From a virus (lineage: Duplodnaviria > Caudoviricetes): a stretch of DNA of 56,466 bases. The translations under genes and the position numbers were made by a program. Below, in pieces: positions 19,601-30,415 of this stretch. The stretch lies in the IMG/VR virus record IMGVR_UViG_3300020403_000012, positions 1 through 56,466 of that record; one strand, given 5' to 3'. Each line of letters begins with the position of its first letter. Position 1 is the stretch's first letter. The notes beneath the pieces were generated by a model, which saw only the letters and a program-made list of their open reading frames with translations, did no database searches and was not told the origin of the DNA.

Positions 19601-22600
19601 TTTTATAACTATACTTGTAGCATTAGACGGAGGATTAGTAAACGTTATTCTTCCAAAGTTTCTTGTGTAAGATGCAGTAGTGTCTAAAATATTTTCAACA
19701 GTGTAATCACTAGATAGTTGTTCTACAGTATCTACCACAACTTTTGTGTCTGCAGGTTTTACACTTATAGGCCATTTCACATTAAATTCTATTTGCGAAC
19801 CTGTGCCTGTAAAGTTTTCAGTAACGTCAAGATCTGTAACCAAGTAAGAACCGGATACTCTATCAAATTTAATCAACATATGTGTTGATCGTACAGGAGA
19901 GTTGCCAATTATTGCATAAGCTATAACAGGAGTTCCTGTATCACTTTGACTGCCTGTGACTGTAATATTTGGTGCAGTTATGTATTTTTTACCTTGTGTG
20001 TTAACAACAATACCTGTTACTGTATCACCTGATAAAGTTGTAGTGCCTGTAATTGTTGGACCACCACCTCCTGAAATAGTTACAGTAGGCGATGAATACC
20101 AACCAGATCCTCCATTAGTTATTTTGATTTCTTTTATTTCAAAACCAACATTATCAAACCAATTCTTTTGAGGATATGTTGTAACAAATTCACTGTAGTT
20201 ACTTATTTGGCTATCTACAACCTGTGCAGGTTCAGGAATGATTTTTTGTGCATTTGCATCATAGCGCGGCGGTAAGTCAAAATCGCTAACAACTGTTGAT
20301 GTTGGTTCTATATTTTCATATGCACTTACATATTCTCTAATTTTTGCACTGTACGGTTTGACTTCGTTAACATATTCTAAATAACTATCAAGACTATCAT
20401 TTTTGTATGTCACTTTTTGTGATAATTGACCTACGTTGTGTTTTGCTTTGATAAAAGATGTTTTAAATATCCAATCTACATTAGGTTGTTCTGCTAGTGC
20501 ATATCTTACGCTACTAAAAAATAATTTATTCCACTCAACTAATAATTGGTCAACAAATATATCTTCTTTGATTGCATTTAGTATTACTCTTACTTCTTCA
20601 CCAGCATCTCTATCATACAAAGCACTATCATACACAGCTTTGTCAAATCCAAATTTTTCATTGCTGTAAAGTAGTCTACTGAATTCTAATGTTCCGTTTT
20701 GTCTACCAATAGTTTCATAATTAACTGTGTAATCCACTTCTGCTTGATTGTCTATTTTGCGTAATAACAACCAACCACCTGAGCCTATTGTTTCAACTTT
20801 GACAATATCCCCTAGGTTGTCTTGTAATCCTTCTAATGCATAACTTCCTGGTACAAGATAATCAATTGCTGTTTCAACATTATAGCCGCTTGCATACCAG
20901 TCAATATAATTCCAATACAAACTTGCATCATAATTTTGATTATTAGTTCTGACCCATTCTTTCTCTGTTTGATTCCATATGTAAGTTGTCCAAAAACCTA
21001 ACAACGTTGAGTCAGATTGTATAAGTGCAGTAAACGGTCTAACTGTTATCACTGTGCTTTGAGAATAATTTATACCAGCATTTACAATGTTTGCTTCTAC
21101 AACTTGTCCTAAATTGTTTATATAAGTTTCAATTTCTGCACCAGTTCCTGAACCTTGTATTAAAACACTAGGTCCTCTACGTTTTGTTTCTGTTGCACTA
21201 TTAAATGCAGGATCTATATAACCTCTACCGGGTTCAGTAATTACTACGTTTGTTAATCTTCCATCTGTAATTGTTACATTTAATGTGGCTTGTTTAATTT
21301 TTGAAGTTCCAACAAATCGTAAAAGTGTTTCATTTTCAATAGCAGTATCATATGTTCTTGAAACAGCAGTGGGAACAGGATCTTTGCTAGACAATTTGCT
21401 AATATCAAATTCATCTACAATAAGATTTTTTGCTAAAACTAAATTTATGCGCTCTATTACTTGCTTTAATGCTTCTGTTTTATTCACAAACATAGTTTGT
21501 AATGGGTTGTCTAAAATACCATATCTTCTAGCCGGACTTAAGGTAGTAACAGGTAGTAATGTTTTTTGTTCGTCATACCCAACTAAACTATCTATCCATT
21601 TGTCTACAATCTTATCACTTGGTTGACTTGTTGATAATCCTTCAGTTATTAAAGAGTACTCTCTATGTAAATTGTTTGGTAACACTTCCTCTGTATTATA
21701 ATATTCAAAATGCAAAATTGTATCTTCATCTTTTACTAAACTTTGACAATTATAAACTGCAAAATTATCTGTGCCAAACAATCCAACAAACCTATAACCA
21801 TTACCAGCAGGATCTTCTATTAAAGATGCAACAGTGTCTGCACTGATTGTTCTGTTTTCAAGTACAGGAACCACTTTTGAATTTTTTACCCAATAAAAAT
21901 ACTTTGACGAAAATAAACCAGTAATAGGATCATAAACATTTTTTCTTACATAGTTAGTGTTGCCGTATTTTGAACTACCACTTACTCCTTGTGATAATCC
22001 TTCAGTAGTATCTGCAATGGCATCCCATTCTTCAGGCAATAGTGTGCTCTCTACCCATTCATAAATGTCTACACTGTATCCTGGAACTACCTTGTTCCAT
22101 ACATTTGAACTATACTCAGTATTTTTTTGGTAAGGATTATACCATTTAACAGCATTCAAATCCCAAAGCAATTTGCCAACATATTCTTCACCCCAAGGAT
22201 TTACTTCTCCTGTGCTTGTAGATCCAATATTATAAACTGCCGGGTCATAGTATAGTTTGTAGTCTAGTTCTCTTTCTGCTGCATTTGCAATTTTACCTTG
22301 TATAGGATCAATTGCATCTAAATATGTAATTAGATCACTAGTCTGCCTATCGTATAAAAATGTTCCACGCATTTTATTGTAATCAATAAAATCTGTTGCC
22401 GCACCTAATGTTGTCCAATTTACAGCATCTCTATTAGCTCGCAAATCAAAAATAATTCCTCTTTTATTATTGTTTGTATCAATACCTTCAAATCCTAAGT
22501 ACAAATGGTTATCTTGATATTCTATTTCTACATCTCTAGCACCAGATAAATCTCTTGCTATAACTACGCCATTTGGTTGTGTATAGTAACTTTCATAGTC

Positions 22601-25600
22601 AATTGTTTCACTAGCAGTATACTGATCATTAAGTAATTCAAAAGTGTATGCTTGTGGCCTTCTAGTTGATATATTTAATAATCTAGTAGTGTTGTTGTCA
22701 AATATAGTTAGATTACTATCAAAAGTAGTTGAATCTATATTTCTTCCATTTACGCCAAGAACACATAGTTTGTTGTTACTAAAATCTAGCTTATAACCAA
22801 ATCTTTCATTCTTTGAAGATTTTGGTGCTTGCAATGTTTGTGTATTTTCAAATTGTAAACTTGAAGTATTGTATTTGTGTATGTATACAATACCTTTATC
22901 TGTTCCTGTATCTGTGCTATCTTCAATATCAGCACGATTGGCACCTACAGCAATATAATTTCCATTGTCACTAATAGCTAAACTAGTTCCCCATAAATCG
23001 TCAACTTCGGGAGCTGTCAATACTTCATAAAAAGCATATCTACCTTCTACTAATCTATAAACATAAACTTGGAATTCTTCTGTTGATGTGTTAAAAGCAG
23101 TAAATGCAAGCACTTCTCCATTTTTACTTACATCAATATTTTTACCTGCTTGATTTGTGTTATTAAAAACTGTACTATCATTATCGCCATCTATTGTAGT
23201 TGTATTAGGCAAATACCCAAACCTGTCTATACTAGAATCTATAGCTTCCCAAAGTGTTGCATTTGACGGATTGTCTCCTCCAGGCGGTATATCTACTTTT
23301 GCTTGGAACAACGATCCTTCATAATAAACTATCTCATCTATAGTGTATCCGAATATATTATTATGAACACCCCTATAATTTTCATCTTGTGTTCCTAAAA
23401 AGTCCATTTGAATATAAGTTGAATCGTATATGTATACCCGTCCGTTGTTGCCTTCACTACGTACAAATAATTTGTAATTTAGATCAGTTGTAAATGCAGT
23501 TTCTAATCCAATACCAAACTTTTCATCTGCGGTAGGAATACTAGATACAAATTGATCTAATAGAAAATAGTTATTGTCGAGCTGTTTTTTGTATACATAA
23601 ACAATACCTTGATTTGTTAAACCACTAGGTGTACCATCTCTGTCTGCAGGTATTTTGTAAACTTGTCTCCAGTCTTGGCTAGTGGTATGTATTGTACTAC
23701 CGTCGTCTTGTGTATCACGTAATGCACGCCAAAGTGTTTCTCTATCAGTAACAATATCTCCTGCTAAAATTGTTAGTGAAGGATCTATATCTCCTTTGTA
23801 TTTTGTTTTTACATTACTTGCAAGTGGAGCAGAAACAAACATAAACTGTCCGTCTTCTGAAAATTTAATTTTTTTACCAAAGCCACTATTACTATCGTGG
23901 AAACCATCAGGTACGTTTATTTCTTGTACAAAAACAAGTGCGAGTGTTTCGCTACTTCTTGTATAAATGTAAACTTTTTCGTCATCTGGTCTACCTGCTG
24001 CAAATATTGAATTTGATTTATTCACTGCAAAAGAAGATGCAAAACTTCCGTCTCCATCATCATTATTTTGTAATTCTGTTTTACCATCAAAGATTTTTTT
24101 ATTTCTAAAAACGCCAAATTTATCATTAGCTACATTATCAATCCAGATAGTATTGTTTTCATTTAATCCAAATTCATTTAAGTCATCATTAACATTATTA
24201 GGTGTTGAATATCTTTTAGATAGTAATTTAGTAACTAATCCTGTTGTACTATCTCTTAGGTCTACACGTTCTTCAGTAAATGTTGTGTTTGTTACCACAC
24301 TTACAATTGTGTCTGATATACTTGCAACTTTATAAAATCCATCAACTGCATCATCAATGAATTGCAAACCAAAAATATCATTGACTGATATTTCAGGAAC
24401 ACTGTCAAATAACAAATTAAAACCACTATCTGTTTTAATATATTCTACAACCCTATTAGGCACTACAACGTGCTGGTATATATTCCAACTATTTTTTTCA
24501 GAAGTTACCCAGATTATGTTATCAATTTCAACATTTGCAATATCCAGTTCTAAAATATCGTTTGGAGTCTTTGCTATAAAATCAACTTGATCTAAACTTA
24601 CATAGCCTGCTGTTTTGCTAAATTCAGTTGTATCATATTTTTTAGGAAAAGGATTATTTGTATAATTTTGTGGCTTTATATAAACTTTTGATTCTGGTAT
24701 TTCATAGACTAAATCTGTTCTTGAAATATCTTCCCTTGTCACCAATTCAATTAATTGTGGTTCTATTCTAAATTTAGTTTCGTCTAGTCTATACTCTAAT
24801 TCATCAAATGTATCTGTAGCACCGTATTGTGCATTTCTGATTGCCCATTCTTCATAAAAATTTAAACTGTCTTGATCGGCAGATCCTAATTTATCGAATA
24901 ATTTAGTTAAACTATTTTTACTTCCTTTTTCTTGTATAAATCCTTGATAAAATTTGTATTGACTTATATCATCTTCTATTATATTATTTAAATAGTTTCT
25001 TTTTTGATATCCTATAAGGTGTTGAGCAAGACGTTGCTGTTCACTATCAAAATTATCTGTATCCAAATCGTAAAAATCTGCAAATTGATTTATTTTATAA
25101 TCAAAGTTTGTTTTCAAACCGCTTGTTGGTCTTTCATCTAAACGATTCCATTTGTTATTTTCAAAAATAGAATTACCAGAAATAAATTCATTTGCTGAAT
25201 AATAAAACTCTTTATATTTTACAACATCACCAAGTGCATAGTCTTTCCATTGTTCCCATTCTGTAATTTTTGCTTGATCATATAAAAACCCAGGAATATT
25301 AAGATTGCCATTCCAGTTATCTGTTCTGTATCCTACAACCTTTAATCTTTCTTGTCTATATCCGCTGTTTGGGTTATAAATTGTATCATTAAAAACTGTG
25401 GTATTATCAATAATTACAGCGTGATCTTTTTGAATTAATCCTAATTTTGCAAAATAAACACTACTATCGTTTGCAGTTATTTCAACAGTATTTCCTGCAT
25501 CTCTGTTTATATTAATAGATAAATCTGCTACACTTGTACCATCAAGTGAAAGCACTTTATATCCAAATATATTATCTTTAATATTATCAACAACAAAATA

Positions 25601-28600
25601 ATCTTTAGAAAATTGTAATCTATTGGCGCCAGGACTTAATGTAATAATTGTGCCAACTGACCAGTTTTGTGTTGTATAAAATAAAAACTCTTTTATACTT
25701 AGTGTCCAGTTTTCAATAGCTTCAGTTTCTCTGTTGAAGTAATCAAAACTAAATCCTTTTTGTTTTAAATTGTGTTCGTAGCCTTGTAAAAAATCAACAA
25801 CTTCTTGTATTGTTGATAATACAGATCCATATTGCAATTCTTGTGTTTGTTCTGTAAAGTTTTTTCTTAATGTAGCAGTGGCACCACCTACAACAGGCAA
25901 AGTTTTGAGTGCAGTATAAAAACTTATATCAAAAGTATCGCCACTTGTATGATTAACATTTACTCTATAATATGCATTTTGAAACTTAACAATTTTTCCT
26001 GCAACATATTGTTTGCCTTCTGCCCAATTAATAAATCCTTCACTTATGCCGCCAACATTTATAGCAATATCGTTTTGTGATATAAATGGTAAGTTGTATG
26101 TAAACTTTGGAAATTCTTTGTCATACCCATTTATTTTAAATCCATTTGTTTGTTTTTCTATAATAACACCACTGTAAGTTACAACCTCTAAAGGCGAACT
26201 AGAAACTAAATCTATTTTATAATTTTCAAACGGTACAAATACATTTCCTTTGTTGCTTGGATTTTTACTATCTAAAACAAGTTTTAGTTTATCTTTGTCA
26301 GCAAATCCGCCAAGTTTAAAACTAATTTTTTGTTTTAAATTAGATAATTCTGTTACAAAATTATTGTATTCTGTAGTGATATCACTTGCCATATAATTGT
26401 AAATATAATTTACTAATCCAGTTGCTAATATGTTTTTGTTATTTGCATCAACTGTTGCAGGAAACTTTAAATTAGATAATTTAATTCTTCTTGTTTCATC
26501 TGCCTTGTATGAAAGTTGGTTTGTATAATCTCTACAAACACGTGATCTATCAAACCCTACGCCCAAAACTTTTGCTGGTCTATTTAACATAATTGCTTTT
26601 ATTAAAGCAAAAGGATATTCACTGCTCCTACGCCAAGCAGTTTCTACAGGCGTATGATCACCAAATTTAAAACGTTTCCCTTTTTGAGTTACAAAACTAA
26701 ACTCATTTACATAACCACTATCAAGAGGACTTAATACATTACCGCTTGAGTCTACAGGAATGTGTTTTGTCAATCCAGGTCTTATAAATCTTTTATCTGC
26801 TTTAACTTTTGCTGTTGCTCTAATAATACCTCTTTCAAGGTCACTCCACAAAACCAAATTGTCTTTAGTATAAGGCGCAGGTCCATATTTACTTTCCCAC
26901 CAGCTAGGCTTTACACTAAATCCTAACATCTCCCAAGGTCTTAAATTAGGACTATCAGTGTCATATGCATTGATATAAATTCCTCTCCAAAAGCCAGCTA
27001 ATGGTTGATTTGTTTTACTACTACCAAATCCATAATTATATGTAAATGTTTCAGTGTCTTTTACAAAACTATTATCTGTATAATCTGGATTGCCAGTTTT
27101 TGTTAACCATTTTACAAAATCCGAAATTAAAACATCATCAATGTCTTTTTTAGAAATTTGAGTATTTCTAAATTCTCCACCTATGTAATCATAGATGTTA
27201 AAAATATTTTCATCATATGGAACTTTGATGTTATTATATAAACGTTTTTCCATTTCTATGATTAGATCATCTCGATAATCATCATAACCAATTATGATAC
27301 TGCCATCGTGTCCTCTAATTGCAGTTTTGTTTTCACCATAAGTTGTATCTGTAAACTTTTCAGGTTTGTATGCAGGAAACAATCCTAATTTAGTAGGTGT
27401 TTCAGGTATATAACTACCATTTGTTGTTTCATATTCATATATTTCTATCTTATCATCAACTTGTAGTGAAAATGAAGTAGTAAATTGGACAAATCCTTCG
27501 CTTGAAAATGTGTAGTCTAAACCGTGGCAGGCTTGCGTATCGTTTACATAGACATATACTGCCTTTTCACTTAATTCGTCAAGTGTGAAAGGCATTGTTA
27601 ATGCATAAAATTTTAAATCTGAATCTAAAACAGTATATTCTATTTTTTTGTATGCACCTATGCCAACCATATCCGAACGATAAAAAGGCATAGTTTCTTT
27701 TTTGTTTGAAGCTAACGATAATAATATTTGATCTACTTGTTCTCTAATTGTTCCGTTTAGGTTCAATGTTTCTGCTTCTTGTATAAATGCCCTTTTAAGT
27801 TTGCTATATTCATTTTTAGCAAATGTCATTGCAGAAACAAGATTACTTTCTTTTTTGGCTAATGTATACAAAGGTAAATTTATTGGCCCGCTGTGTTGAA
27901 CAAATTTACGTCCATACGGTTTTACATTTCCTAAATCTCTCAAATTATTTGCACCAGGTTGGCGTCCTGAAAAATTTGGAACTTCTGTAGCTACACTATC
28001 AACGTGATCGGAAACTTCGCCTAAAGTAAATTCAGTAATGTTGTCATTCAAAGGATTACGTTCAAAGTTGTGAGGTGTTTCATAATATCCGTTACTATTT
28101 TTTGTAGCTTTTGAATGTGCTTTAATAACAATCACATCACTTGTTTTTAAATCAGTGTAAAACTGTACAAATTTATTACTGTTATTATCTGCATTAAAAG
28201 TATAGTCTACACCTTCGGTTTGAAATATGTTATTGACATAAACAAGAACTTTTAAGTCTGATAAATTATTACTATTATCAAACATATCAATAATATAATT
28301 ATTTGTAGATTGTTGACCAGTATATTTACGTATTACATATTGCTTACTTAGATTTGGTGCTTTTACCCATCCGTTGACATATTCAAAATCTATACCCTGA
28401 TGTAAATATTTTCTAAGATATCCATTTGATGTATCTTTTGTAAAAATAACATTGTTAATTTCATATGTAAACTTTTCTGAAAGTAAACTAAAATTAAAAA
28501 CAATATCGCCTGTATTTGTAATGTTTTTGTATGCTAAAGGAAAGCCTAATTCAGCATCATTTATACCTTCACCAACTTTATAATTATAAACTCTATTACC

Positions 28601-30415
28601 TGTGAAATCACTATTAGGATATGTAATCGAGTCTGCAAATGAAACTCCTGTATCGTCATACAAATCAAACAAAGGTGCTTGATTGACTCCTGTTTTATCT
28701 TGCGCTAATTTCCAAGTAGTACCATCGAAATAATACATATTTCCTGCTTGTTTATTTCCGCTTGTAATTAACACAGTATCATTTTCTAAAGGATTAGTAT
28801 CTGTAGTTTCAACTAAACTTATTTGGTTATTTCCTTTAAAATCAAAAAACTTAACTTGGAAGATTTTACCGTAGACAAATGGATCGGTATCATTGATAAA
28901 CATCACTCTTTGTCCGTCTGCAAGTTCTACTCCGTCAACACTGTATCCTGTTTTTCCTTCTATTTTTGATTTCACATCATTTGTATATGTGTCAATTAAA
29001 TCAATATTATCTTTTGCTCGAGTACCAAAATTATATAATTTTAAGCCTGCGTCAAATTCAATAATAGGACGTTTTGCTCGTAACTCTTCGTTCAAGTCGA
29101 ATACTTGATTGTTTAAACTAGCACTTAGTTCTATCACATCTTTATGGAACCAACGGTTGTACCTAGCCCAAGGATTTCTATCTGCACTAGCTTTGTTTAC
29201 AACAATATAATCCTTTGTGCCCGGAAAACTTTTTGCATCACTGTACGGAACTCTATCAAATCCATTTGTATCAAATGGTACCTGTGTATCATTTGTAAAA
29301 ATAGCAGGAACAATTAAATCTTGTGCATTAATTAATCTTATTTCATCTCCAACGCCTTCTACATAATAAACACCGCTTGCATATTTTTCAGGAGTTACAT
29401 TGCCAATAAAATACACTTTCATTCCGTTGCTAAAGTCCCACCCATCAGCCGTTGTATAAGTTCTTTTGTCTAAAATTTCCTCTTCAACATTGATAACAGA
29501 ATTTTCGTCTATATTTCCAATTATTAATCTAGTGCTTACATTTAAATCATACTGACTAACAAAATACAATGTATCAGGTGCATTTTCAGGAATAGTAAAC
29601 TCAAGAATACCCTTTTCAATATAATCCTGTGCAACAAAATCAGCTTGATTTAATAATGTGTCGTCTGTGTCAGGAAATAGTGTTACACCTTCTGTGTATG
29701 TTTGATTTAAGATAGAACTATCATCTAGTCTTTCATTTGGATCAACACCCCTATACAAAGCTATTGTCAAAGGATTATTAGGAGCATCGATTAAAAATCT
29801 ATAAGTTTGTCCTCTATATAGTTTTAAATTTGGATTTTTTGTAAGTCCATCAGGATGGAATAATAATGATATTTCATTAGCCTCTTCTAAAACTTCAACT
29901 CTATATGTGCTAATAATATTTTTACTCTGACCTTTAACTGGTATTTCGTAAGGACCGTCTGGTAACCAATAGTATTCTCTAAAATTTCCAAACTTATCAA
30001 GATTAATATTAGGATTCCAAGCATAATATTCTTGTTCATTTAGAGAACTTTGATTTGTTGTATTTGCATTATAGGTTTGCAACAATCCAAGATAGTCGTT
30101 ATAATCACTGTAATACTTGGTAGTTGATAAAAAATCTTCGTAAATACTTACAGGCTCAAACTGATAATCTTGTCTTGTTTTTGTCACATCATCAAGATAA
30201 TTATCTGTTACCTTAGAGGCTTTTGCTTCACGCTTACCTACAAATCCGTTTATTTTTTCAATAACACCCGGATTAGTCATTTGATCTAATGTACTAGTTA
30301 AAAACTTTTTGTTTTGCGGTGTTCTAAAAAATCTAGGAAGTTGCTCTACACTACTTCTTTCCTTATTTTTACCTCCTGGCAACGGAAGTTCGTTTTGATC
30401 ATCATTATAAGACAT
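16646..30415 (-). CDS. Giant (4589 aa) baseplate-associated structural protein, in the gp7-like position
   Basis: Uninterrupted 13.8-kb ORF coupled to gp6 by TAATG. Contains beta-propeller-like FG repeats, CBM5/12-like W...Y..G..V motifs and GDG.T..F repeats. Confidence 0.8.
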   Translation of the reverse strand: MSYNDDQNELPLPGGKNKERSSVEQLPRFFRTPQNKKFLTSTLDQMTNPGVIEKINGFVGKREAKASKVTDNYLDDVTKTRQDYQFEPVSIYEDFLSTTKYYSDYNDYLGLLQTYNANTTNQSSLNEQEYYAWNPNINLDKFGNFREYYWLPDGPYEIPVKGQSKNIISTYRVEVLEEANEISLLFHPDGLTKNPNLKLYRGQTYRFLIDAPNNPLTIALYRGVDPNERLDDSSILNQTYTEGVTLFPDTDDTLLNQADFVAQDYIEKGILEFTIPENAPDTLYFVSQYDLNVSTRLIIGNIDENSVINVEEEILDKRTYTTADGWDFSNGMKVYFIGNVTPEKYASGVYYVEGVGDEIRLINAQDLIVPAIFTNDTQVPFDTNGFDRVPYSDAKSFPGTKDYIVVNKASADRNPWARYNRWFHKDVIELSASLNNQVFDLNEELRAKRPIIEFDAGLKLYNFGTRAKDNIDLIDTYTNDVKSKIEGKTGYSVDGVELADGQRVMFINDTDPFVYGKIFQVKFFDFKGNNQISLVETTDTNPLENDTVLITSGNKQAGNMYYFDGTTWKLAQDKTGVNQAPLFDLYDDTGVSFADSITYPNSDFTGNRVYNYKVGEGINDAELGFPLAYKNITNTGDIVFNFSLLSEKFTYEINNVIFTKDTSNGYLRKYLHQGIDFEYVNGWVKAPNLSKQYVIRKYTGQQSTNNYIIDMFDNSNNLSDLKVLVYVNNIFQTEGVDYTFNADNNSNKFVQFYTDLKTSDVIVIKAHSKATKNSNGYYETPHNFERNPLNDNITEFTLGEVSDHVDSVATEVPNFSGRQPGANNLRDLGNVKPYGRKFVQHSGPINLPLYTLAKKESNLVSAMTFAKNEYSKLKRAFIQEAETLNLNGTIREQVDQILLSLASNKKETMPFYRSDMVGIGAYKKIEYTVLDSDLKFYALTMPFTLDELSEKAVYVYVNDTQACHGLDYTFSSEGFVQFTTSFSLQVDDKIEIYEYETTNGSYIPETPTKLGLFPAYKPEKFTDTTYGENKTAIRGHDGSIIIGYDDYRDDLIIEMEKRLYNNIKVPYDENIFNIYDYIGGEFRNTQISKKDIDDVLISDFVKWLTKTGNPDYTDNSFVKDTETFTYNYGFGSSKTNQPLAGFWRGIYINAYDTDSPNLRPWEMLGFSVKPSWWESKYGPAPYTKDNLVLWSDLERGIIRATAKVKADKRFIRPGLTKHIPVDSSGNVLSPLDSGYVNEFSFVTQKGKRFKFGDHTPVETAWRRSSEYPFALIKAIMLNRPAKVLGVGFDRSRVCRDYTNQLSYKADETRRIKLSNLKFPATVDANNKNILATGLVNYIYNYMASDITTEYNNFVTELSNLKQKISFKLGGFADKDKLKLVLDSKNPSNKGNVFVPFENYKIDLVSSSPLEVVTYSGVIIEKQTNGFKINGYDKEFPKFTYNLPFISQNDIAINVGGISEGFINWAEGKQYVAGKIVKFQNAYYRVNVNHTSGDTFDISFYTALKTLPVVGGATATLRKNFTEQTQELQYGSVLSTIQEVVDFLQGYEHNLKQKGFSFDYFNRETEAIENWTLSIKEFLFYTTQNWSVGTIITLSPGANRLQFSKDYFVVDNIKDNIFGYKVLSLDGTSVADLSININRDAGNTVEITANDSSVYFAKLGLIQKDHAVIIDNTTVFNDTIYNPNSGYRQERLKVVGYRTDNWNGNLNIPGFLYDQAKITEWEQWKDYALGDVVKYKEFYYSANEFISGNSIFENNKWNRLDERPTSGLKTNFDYKINQFADFYDLDTDNFDSEQQRLAQHLIGYQKRNYLNNIIEDDISQYKFYQGFIQEKGSKNSLTKLFDKLGSADQDSLNFYEEWAIRNAQYGATDTFDELEYRLDETKFRIEPQLIELVTREDISRTDLVYEIPESKVYIKPQNYTNNPFPKKYDTTEFSKTAGYVSLDQVDFIAKTPNDILELDIANVEIDNIIWVTSEKNSWNIYQHVVVPNRVVEYIKTDSGFNLLFDSVPEISVNDIFGLQFIDDAVDGFYKVASISDTIVSVVTNTTFTEERVDLRDSTTGLVTKLLSKRYSTPNNVNDDLNEFGLNENNTIWIDNVANDKFGVFRNKKIFDGKTELQNNDDGDGSFASSFAVNKSNSIFAAGRPDDEKVYIYTRSSETLALVFVQEINVPDGFHDSNSGFGKKIKFSEDGQFMFVSAPLASNVKTKYKGDIDPSLTILAGDIVTDRETLWRALRDTQDDGSTIHTTSQDWRQVYKIPADRDGTPSGLTNQGIVYVYKKQLDNNYFLLDQFVSSIPTADEKFGIGLETAFTTDLNYKLFVRSEGNNGRVYIYDSTYIQMDFLGTQDENYRGVHNNIFGYTIDEIVYYEGSLFQAKVDIPPGGDNPSNATLWEAIDSSIDRFGYLPNTTTIDGDNDSTVFNNTNQAGKNIDVSKNGEVLAFTAFNTSTEEFQVYVYRLVEGRYAFYEVLTAPEVDDLWGTSLAISDNGNYIAVGANRADIEDSTDTGTDKGIVYIHKYNTSSLQFENTQTLQAPKSSKNERFGYKLDFSNNKLCVLGVNGRNIDSTTFDSNLTIFDNNTTRLLNISTRRPQAYTFELLNDQYTASETIDYESYYTQPNGVVIARDLSGARDVEIEYQDNHLYLGFEGIDTNNNKRGIIFDLRANRDAVNWTTLGAATDFIDYNKMRGTFLYDRQTSDLITYLDAIDPIQGKIANAAERELDYKLYYDPAVYNIGSTSTGEVNPWGEEYVGKLLWDLNAVKWYNPYQKNTEYSSNVWNKVVPGYSVDIYEWVESTLLPEEWDAIADTTEGLSQGVSGSSKYGNTNYVRKNVYDPITGLFSSKYFYWVKNSKVVPVLENRTISADTVASLIEDPAGNGYRFVGLFGTDNFAVYNCQSLVKDEDTILHFEYYNTEEVLPNNLHREYSLITEGLSTSQPSDKIVDKWIDSLVGYDEQKTLLPVTTLSPARRYGILDNPLQTMFVNKTEALKQVIERINLVLAKNLIVDEFDISKLSSKDPVPTAVSRTYDTAIENETLLRFVGTSKIKQATLNVTITDGRLTNVVITEPGRGYIDPAFNSATETKRRGPSVLIQGSGTGAEIETYINNLGQVVEANIVNAGINYSQSTVITVRPFTALIQSDSTLLGFWTTYIWNQTEKEWVRTNNQNYDASLYWNYIDWYASGYNVETAIDYLVPGSYALEGLQDNLGDIVKVETIGSGGWLLLRKIDNQAEVDYTVNYETIGRQNGTLEFSRLLYSNEKFGFDKAVYDSALYDRDAGEEVRVILNAIKEDIFVDQLLVEWNKLFFSSVRYALAEQPNVDWIFKTSFIKAKHNVGQLSQKVTYKNDSLDSYLEYVNEVKPYSAKIREYVSAYENIEPTSTVVSDFDLPPRYDANAQKIIPEPAQVVDSQISNYSEFVTTYPQKNWFDNVGFEIKEIKITNGGSGWYSSPTVTISGGGGPTITGTTTLSGDTVTGIVVNTQGKKYITAPNITVTGSQSDTGTPVIAYAIIGNSPVRSTHMLIKFDRVSGSYLVTDLDVTENFTGTGSQIEFNVKWPISVKPADTKVVVDTVEQLSSDYTVENILDTTASYTRNFGRITFTNPPSNATSIVIKYKKDINYLSATDRINFYYNPTTGQFGKELSQLMDGVDYGGVQIDTATFGANTGFDSGDKFGVTDFDRFSGNLEDEVIILDGSTKTITASKPFESGIKYNIYYKSATAGLSDNPIRIDDPEFGTVGQDNTNAVMLTITGDGITSTFDINEDLLVTKDGDTIIIRKESSDGAFTPSGVIFDTEISGGSLTNLGNIFQTATGVASGDVVVDGDGFVTPTSSKGPEEQVPGQVLDTLDIQVIERVSDGQGAITVQNFKTDGISAEYYLEDLPANQDSVIVKLDNVVLDPTQYEIDYIEKILRISDSSLLPVGKHLSLLTIGTNGSSIIDSDTFTGDGKTRTFITGYNWVQNITGVVAINGVVTTNFTIDQAGPEYGENADRIIITLGEAPTLNSIVTYSLYLGTGTKYSQLAIDDTFDRSVSTQRSHTFGVNGAVTLPFNKKPISHNILVKVGDKFLEAGHVIKHTLTTDRTYEIDNWQFKDKTLIKQSDILVYINDSKIDPVNYVYDTINGRLDLTTRAVGKPGDVMRVYIIDSAEYFFVDTVVNLSNAGSLVDYESLDQINFTLNDSTNVIATVQEYTKSGDDVTIKLQGYVRDLILLSEKDNTPTLYFDDSTDFRIDSIDVVESDRLSLKDIPTEDVKIYVFSNHDTNEFERLSYCVNYDGTEAPEGSADYFAKNLLSKGHIVLNSIIPSANYAWVFLNGKFLTAQADYTLAEDGKTIILSNAPILNDQIEILYFTAPVSKKKFAFRIFKDMLNRYHYKRINSEREYRLSSPLNYYDLAIVLDSSDGLDEPNRQASIPGIIFIDGERIEYYEKDGNVLRQLRRGTLGTGVKELHNQGSRVFHQGTSETIPYQDTTYTQKFVGDGSTNEFILNWTPSSVNEFDVFVAGKRLRKAIPVDPNNTTADYNYYVYDETKDQDSPGGDVVVAPEFTIQNNILTVVNAPLNNTEVKIIRKTGKIWNDDGVSLANSKNTISKFLTDSTYKLAR

